From NCBI GenBank assembly GCA_052035405.1, contig JBPOHQ010000004.1, forward strand, positions 6,687 to 70,686: a stretch of 64,000 nucleotides of DNA. Direction: 5' to 3'. The stretch comes from Candidatus Nomurabacteria bacterium. GTDB lineage: Bacteria; Patescibacteriota; Minisyncoccia; Phycocordibacterales; UBA9973. Below, piece after piece: positions 58,328 through 64,000 of the stretch; within the stretch, counting starts at the first letter, position 1, and the number at the start of each line of letters is the position of its first letter. Below the pieces are notes generated by a model. The model did not search any database. It was not told the DNA's origin and saw only the letters and a list, made by a program, of their open reading frames with translations. The position numbers and the translations under genes are program-made.

Positions 58328-59002
58328 CTAGAATACTAAAACTGTAAACTCCCCTCTTACTTTATCTTTGTTTTCTTCGTAATATTTCAATACATTCTGC
58401 GGGGTGTCTGTGATAAATTCTTCATATATCTTTGTGAGTTCTCGAGCAACGCAAACCTTTTTATCTGGGCAGAATTTCACCAATGCTTCTAATGTTTTAA
58501 TTATTCTATGAGGAGATTCATAAAAAGCCATGGTTCTATCTGACTCTGCAATCTCTTTAAATAAAGTCTCTCTTCCCTTTTTGTGCGGTAAAAATCCTAA
58601 AAAAGTGAATTCATGAGTAGAAAGACCTGAGGCAGAAAGTGCAGTAATGAGAGCTGTAGCACCAGGGATAGGTATCACTCTTATACCATTTCCAAAATGT
58701 TTTTTGACTTGAGATACAAGCATCGCTCCTGGGTCTGAAATTCCAGGAGTTCCAGCGTCTGATACAAGTGCGAGATTTTTACCTTCTTCCAAAAGCTCAA
58801 AGATTTTATCTGTTTTAGAAAGTTTACTTTGAGCATGATAGCTCATCGTGGGCTTATCGATATTAAATTTCTGTAAAATCTTTCTTGTCTCTCGAGTGTC
58901 TTCGCAGAGAATCATATCAACTTCTTTTAAAGTCTCTATTGCACGAAATGTTATGTCGCCCATGTTACCAATAGGAGTTGCTACGATATAAAGACTAGAC
59001 AT
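58328..59002 (-). CDS. rsmI: 16S rRNA (cytidine1402-2'-O)-methyltransferase
   Basis: LYIVATPIGNMGDITFRAIETLKEVDMILCEDTR…. Confidence 0.85.
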   Translation of the reverse strand: MSSLYIVATPIGNMGDITFRAIETLKEVDMILCEDTRETRKILQKFNIDKPTMSYHAQSKLSKTDKIFELLEEGKNLALVSDAGTPGISDPGAMLVSQVKKHFGNGIRVIPIPGATALITALSASGLSTHEFTFLGFLPHKKGRETLFKEIAESDRTMAFYESPHRIIKTLEALVKFCPDKKVCVARELTKIYEEFITDTPQNVLKYYEENKDKVRGEFTVLVF

Positions 59003-59019
59003 ATTTCTATTATATCTTA

Positions 59020-59466
59020 TTATTTACGATATTTCTTAGTACGCCATTTATCAGCTATTTTGATACGAGTGAGAGATCTTTCGAGCTCTGATTCAAAATG
59101 TTCAAAGTCAACAATTTCATTATTGTCCATTTGTTTCTTAAGTTCTTCTGAACGAGCTTTTGCTTTTTCAATAGCTTCATCGGTGAGTTCTGTGATATGT
59201 TCTGCAAAGTCTGCGAGTATTGCTACTTCAGTCTGTCCGTCTATGCCATTTTTAACCTCCACAAAACCACCAACGACAGCCATTGGTACTTGTTCGCCTT
59301 TTATTATACCCACAACATCTCCTGAAGCGAGTCCCGCTATGAGTGGTATGTGCCCTGGCAAAACTCCTATTTCTCCTTCTGTAGTAGGAATAAGTACTTC
59401 ATCAACAAGTTCTTCTAGAACAAGTCTCTCGGGCGTTACGACTTTTAATTTAATTTGTTTTGACAT
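59020..59466 (-). CDS. atpC: ATP synthase F1 epsilon subunit
   Basis: …VVTPERLVLEELVDEVLIPTTEGEIGVLPGHIPLI…. Confidence 0.85.
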   Translation of the reverse strand: MSKQIKLKVVTPERLVLEELVDEVLIPTTEGEIGVLPGHIPLIAGLASGDVVGIIKGEQVPMAVVGGFVEVKNGIDGQTEVAILADFAEHITELTDEAIEKAKARSEELKKQMDNNEIVDFEHFESELERSLTRIKIADKWRTKKYRK

Positions 59467-59479
59467 GAGTTAATTAAAA

Positions 59480-60871
<1,392 letters not shown>

Positions 60872-61777
60872 TTAACTGACACTCGCCATACCCGCACTTA
60901 TCTCACTTATTTCTCTGGTAATATTTGCTTGTCTGGCTTTGTTAAATACTAATGTAAGATCATCAATCATTTCGCTTGCAGCATCTCCAGCATTTTTCAT
61001 TGAAAGCATTCGAGCAGATTGCTCAGAAGCGTTTGACTCAAGAATCATTTGATATATTTGCATCTTTACCAACTTTTCTGCTAGAGATTCAATGAGTGTA
61101 GACATATCACCTTCAAAGACATATTCATTTGTATTTTCTTTGGTATCAAGTAATTCCCTAGACCTTTGATCACCTACATCTTGAATAGTTTTTTTTAATT
61201 CTTTTTTAGAAACAGGTAAGAGCATTCTAATTCTTGGTGTCTGTGTTAATGCTGAAACAAAGTCTGTGTAAGCAACAAAGATATTCTTATACGTACCTTT
61301 TTTATATTCAGTTGTTATTAATTTTGAGACAGGGGTGATATCTGAGAGAGAAATAATATCTGGTAGTTCTACAAAAGAAGCGACAACATGCTGTCCAGTT
61401 CTTCTCATTGCAGCGTCACCCTTTTTACCAATAGTTAAAAATTCAACTGTCTCGTTTTCAAAAGATTTTATTTTTAAAATGGTCTTCTTTATAACCTGAG
61501 CATTGTATCCTCCGCAAAGTCCTCTATTTGAGGTAATAAGGATGATGAGTGTTTTACCTTCTGTATTCTCAGTAAAAAACGGATGAGTTACCTGTTCTAA
61601 TTTTCCAGCCAAAGAAGTTAAAAGATCCCAAGAATAATTTGCATATAAACGAGACGCGAGTGTCTTTGCGACTGCACGTTTCATTTTTGAAGCAGATACA
61701 AGCTCCATCGCTTTCGTGATTTTCTTTGTGCTCTTTACGCTTTTTATTCTTCTTTTAATTTCTTTTGTTCCAGCCAT
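60872..61777 (-). CDS. atpG: ATP synthase F1 gamma subunit
   Basis: MAGTKEIKRRIKSVKSTKKITKAMELVSASKMKRA…. Confidence 0.9.
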   Translation of the reverse strand: MAGTKEIKRRIKSVKSTKKITKAMELVSASKMKRAVAKTLASRLYANYSWDLLTSLAGKLEQVTHPFFTENTEGKTLIILITSNRGLCGGYNAQVIKKTILKIKSFENETVEFLTIGKKGDAAMRRTGQHVVASFVELPDIISLSDITPVSKLITTEYKKGTYKNIFVAYTDFVSALTQTPRIRMLLPVSKKELKKTIQDVGDQRSRELLDTKENTNEYVFEGDMSTLIESLAEKLVKMQIYQMILESNASEQSARMLSMKNAGDAASEMIDDLTLVFNKARQANITREISEISAGMASVS

Positions 61778-61785
61778 ATTATTTT

Positions 61786-63288
61786 TTATTTAAGAAAAGA
61801 TGTTTTGAAATCTTCAATCGCTTTCTTGAGTTGTGCTTCACCGTCATCAGACCACATTTTTTTCTCTACTACTTCTTTAATGAAAGTTTTTGCATTACTC
61901 TCTGCGTATTCAATGAGTCCTGCTTCAAATGCTTTGATTTGATCAACAGGTACTGTATCCATGTAGCCTTTTACTAATGCGTATAAAACAACTACTTGGT
62001 GCTGAGTGAGTACTGGTGCATATTGAGGTTGTTTCAAAAGTTCAACTGCTCTCTTACCACGCTCAAGTTGTCTCTTTGTCGCATCATCGAGGTCTGAGCC
62101 AAATTGAGCAAACGCTTCAAGTTCACGAAATTGTGCAAGGTCAAGCTTCAATGTTCCAGCAACCTTCTTCATTGCTTTAATTTGAGCACTTCCTCCAACA
62201 CGAGACACTGAGAATCCAACGTTTACCGCAGGACGGACACCTTTGTAAAAAAGATCAGTCTCTAAGAATATTTGTCCATCAGTAATAGAAATAACGTTTG
62301 TAGGAATGTATGCAGACAAGTCACCAGCTTGTGTTTCAATTATAGGTAATGCAGTAATTGAACCTCCTCCGTAGTCTTCATTTCTTCGGCAAGCACGCTC
62401 AAGAAGTCTTGAGTGTAAGTAAAACACGTCTCCAGGGTACGCTTCACGACCTGGTGGACGACGAAGTAAAAGAGAAATTTCACGGTACGCTACTGCATGT
62501 TTTGATAAATCATCATAAATAATTAACACGTCCTTCCCTTGATCCATGAAATATTCAGCAATAGCAACACCTGCATATGGAGCAATATATGACAAAGAAG
62601 CAGGCTCAGAACTACCAGCAGAAACGATAATCGTATACGCCATAGCACCACCTTCTTCAAGACGAGTTTGAATTTTTCGAAGTTTAGAATCTTTTTGACC
62701 GATAGAAACATAGACACAAATCATGTTTTGTCCTTTTTGGTTTAAGATAGTATCGATAGCAATAGCTGTTTTACCGGTTTGACGGTCGCCAATAATGAGC
62801 TCACGTTGTCCTCGTCCTACTGGAATCAATGCATCAATGGCTTTTATACCTGTAGAAACTGGTTGATCAACTCCTTGACGTGTTACCACACCAGGAGCAA
62901 CTTTTTCGATAGGATATGTCTCAGTTGATTTTACTTCACCTTTACCATCAATAGCATGACCAAGTGCATTCAATACGCGTCCAATTTGAGCTTCACCAAC
63001 AGGGATTTCTAAAATACGTCCAGTACCAGTGACAGTATCCCCCTCTTTGATTTTTGCGAACTCTCCCAAGATGATGATACCAACAGTATCTTCTTCCAAG
63101 TTTAGAACAACACCCACCTCGCCTCCTGAAAAAGTCACCATTTCTGAAGACTTAACATCACTAAGGCCAGACACCTTTGCGATACCATCAAAAACTTCTA
63201 CTACATGACCTACTTTTTCTGCTTTTGCTTTAAGCGAAAAATTCTCAATTTCTTTTTTTAAATTTTCTACGATGTGATTGTTGCTCAT
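61786..63288 (-). CDS. atpA: ATP synthase F1 alpha subunit
   Basis: [19 protein letters not shown]-loop. Confidence 0.95.
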   Translation of the reverse strand: MSNNHIVENLKKEIENFSLKAKAEKVGHVVEVFDGIAKVSGLSDVKSSEMVTFSGGEVGVVLNLEEDTVGIIILGEFAKIKEGDTVTGTGRILEIPVGEAQIGRVLNALGHAIDGKGEVKSTETYPIEKVAPGVVTRQGVDQPVSTGIKAIDALIPVGRGQRELIIGDRQTGKTAIAIDTILNQKGQNMICVYVSIGQKDSKLRKIQTRLEEGGAMAYTIIVSAGSSEPASLSYIAPYAGVAIAEYFMDQGKDVLIIYDDLSKHAVAYREISLLLRRPPGREAYPGDVFYLHSRLLERACRRNEDYGGGSITALPIIETQAGDLSAYIPTNVISITDGQIFLETDLFYKGVRPAVNVGFSVSRVGGSAQIKAMKKVAGTLKLDLAQFRELEAFAQFGSDLDDATKRQLERGKRAVELLKQPQYAPVLTQHQVVVLYALVKGYMDTVPVDQIKAFEAGLIEYAESNAKTFIKEVVEKKMWSDDGEAQLKKAIEDFKTSFLK

Positions 63289-63291
63289 AAC

Positions 63292-63696
63292 TTATCTTGT
63301 TAAATGTTCTTGTAACTTTTTTAATTTATTAAAAATGGTCAAATCTATGACCTCATCATCTACCTCTATTTTTATTCCTCCTAAAAGAGTTGGTACTTCT
63401 TTTTCTTTTAGAACAATTTTTTTAGCGTTATATTTTTTAAGCAATTCAGTAGTTAATTCTTTCTTTGTATGTTCATCAATTTTTTTTACACTTGAAATTG
63501 TGGCAACAATAATTCCTTCTTCTTTATTTGAAATCTTCTCGAGTTTTTTTAAAATATCAGACGATTTAGAAATCAATCTTTTACGAATTAGGAACTTTAG
63601 TACGTTATCGACAAACAAAGACAATTCTGTTCCTTGTTTATCTTTTGATGCTGTATAAATCGCCAGAGCGATGTCATTGTGTGATGTTGTTGCCAT
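63292..63696 (-). CDS. atpH: ATP synthase F1 delta (OSCP) subunit, short form
   Basis: C-terminal …LLGGIKIEVDDEVIDLTIFNKLKKL…. 134 aa, with a shorter N-terminus than typical. Confidence 0.7.
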   Translation of the reverse strand: MATTSHNDIALAIYTASKDKQGTELSLFVDNVLKFLIRKRLISKSSDILKKLEKISNKEEGIIVATISSVKKIDEHTKKELTTELLKKYNAKKIVLKEKEVPTLLGGIKIEVDDEVIDLTIFNKLKKLQEHLTR

Positions 63697-63702
63697 TCTT
63701 TT

Positions 63703-64000
63703 CTATTTTTGCAAACTGTTTAGTTCTTTAACTACCTTTGCGTCATACCCACTATCTACTTTTTCACCGATTAATTTTTCAGTTGTTTGTATAACCAAAG
63801 AAACAATTTCTTTTTTTGCATCATTCATCATTTTTGTTTTTTCCGCATCAAGAGAAGCTTTACCATTTTCTATCATCATTGATACTTCTTTACGTGCTTC
63901 TTCTAACATTTCAGTTTTCTTTGCATTTGCTTCTTTTTTTGTTTCTTGCAGTAGTGCATATGCTTCTGTGCGAGCGTTTGCGAGAACCTGTTCATATTCT
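63703..64000 (-). CDS. atpF: ATP synthase Fo subunit b, partial (5' end beyond window)
   Basis: The frame stays open upstream of the track's Met at 63909 to the window edge. Charged helical b-subunit-like sequence. Confidence 0.65.
   Translation of the reverse strand, partial: EYEQVLANARTEAYALLQETKKEANAKKTEMLEEARKEVSMMIENGKASLDAEKTKMMNDAKKEIVSLVIQTTEKLIGEKVDSGYDAKVVKELNSLQK

Overview
The window is AT-rich (about one-third GC), tightly packed with short genes, and looks like a reduced CPR/Patescibacteria-type genome. Two things support that: the cell-wall and chromosome-maintenance genes are few and scattered, and the PriA homologue has lost its helicase motifs.

Layout:
- Bases 1-12,300 form a tRNA-Gln-anchored run of small accessory and detoxification-type genes, all on the + strand. 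They include a SAM methyltransferase, a MazG-like NTP pyrophosphatase, a VOC family protein, DUF1801, a YdeI family protein, a class IV aminotransferase, an ABC exporter, VanW, DUF5666 and an ECF sigma factor. The tRNA end is duplicated, in the manner of an integration scar.
- 13.5-19.5 kb holds a reduced division/cell-wall block (mraY-ftsW-murG), followed by gltX and an M23 peptidase.
- 20-33 kb, mostly on the - strand, holds rpmA, rplI, ctpA, a CAP-domain protein, a 1195-aa surface protein with a peptidoglycan-binding tail, PBP2, a D,D-carboxypeptidase and scpAB.
- 33.8-40 kb holds pepN, a GNAT, an AstE/AspA-family protein, phhB and aspS. A T-box leader precedes aspS.
- 40-43 kb holds a proline-rich mini-ORF, an M19 dipeptidase and a 459-aa orphan.
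- 43-55 kb holds trpS, dnaB, recR, rplU, cysS, rseP, frr, a delta-prime-like holB, mreB and an ATPase-dead PriA.
- The far end holds a 790-aa secreted orphan, rsmI and the F1Fo ATP synthase operon (atpF partial, then atpH, A, G, D, C).

The most notable items are:
- a short GC-rich palindromic mini-element present twice, once in-frame inside pepN and once inside a duplicated tRNA fragment;
- a minimal Asp T-box riboswitch;
- the tRNA-Gln att-like duplications flanking a methyltransferase cargo gene;
- the degenerate PriA.

No CRISPR array, rRNA or integrase was seen.
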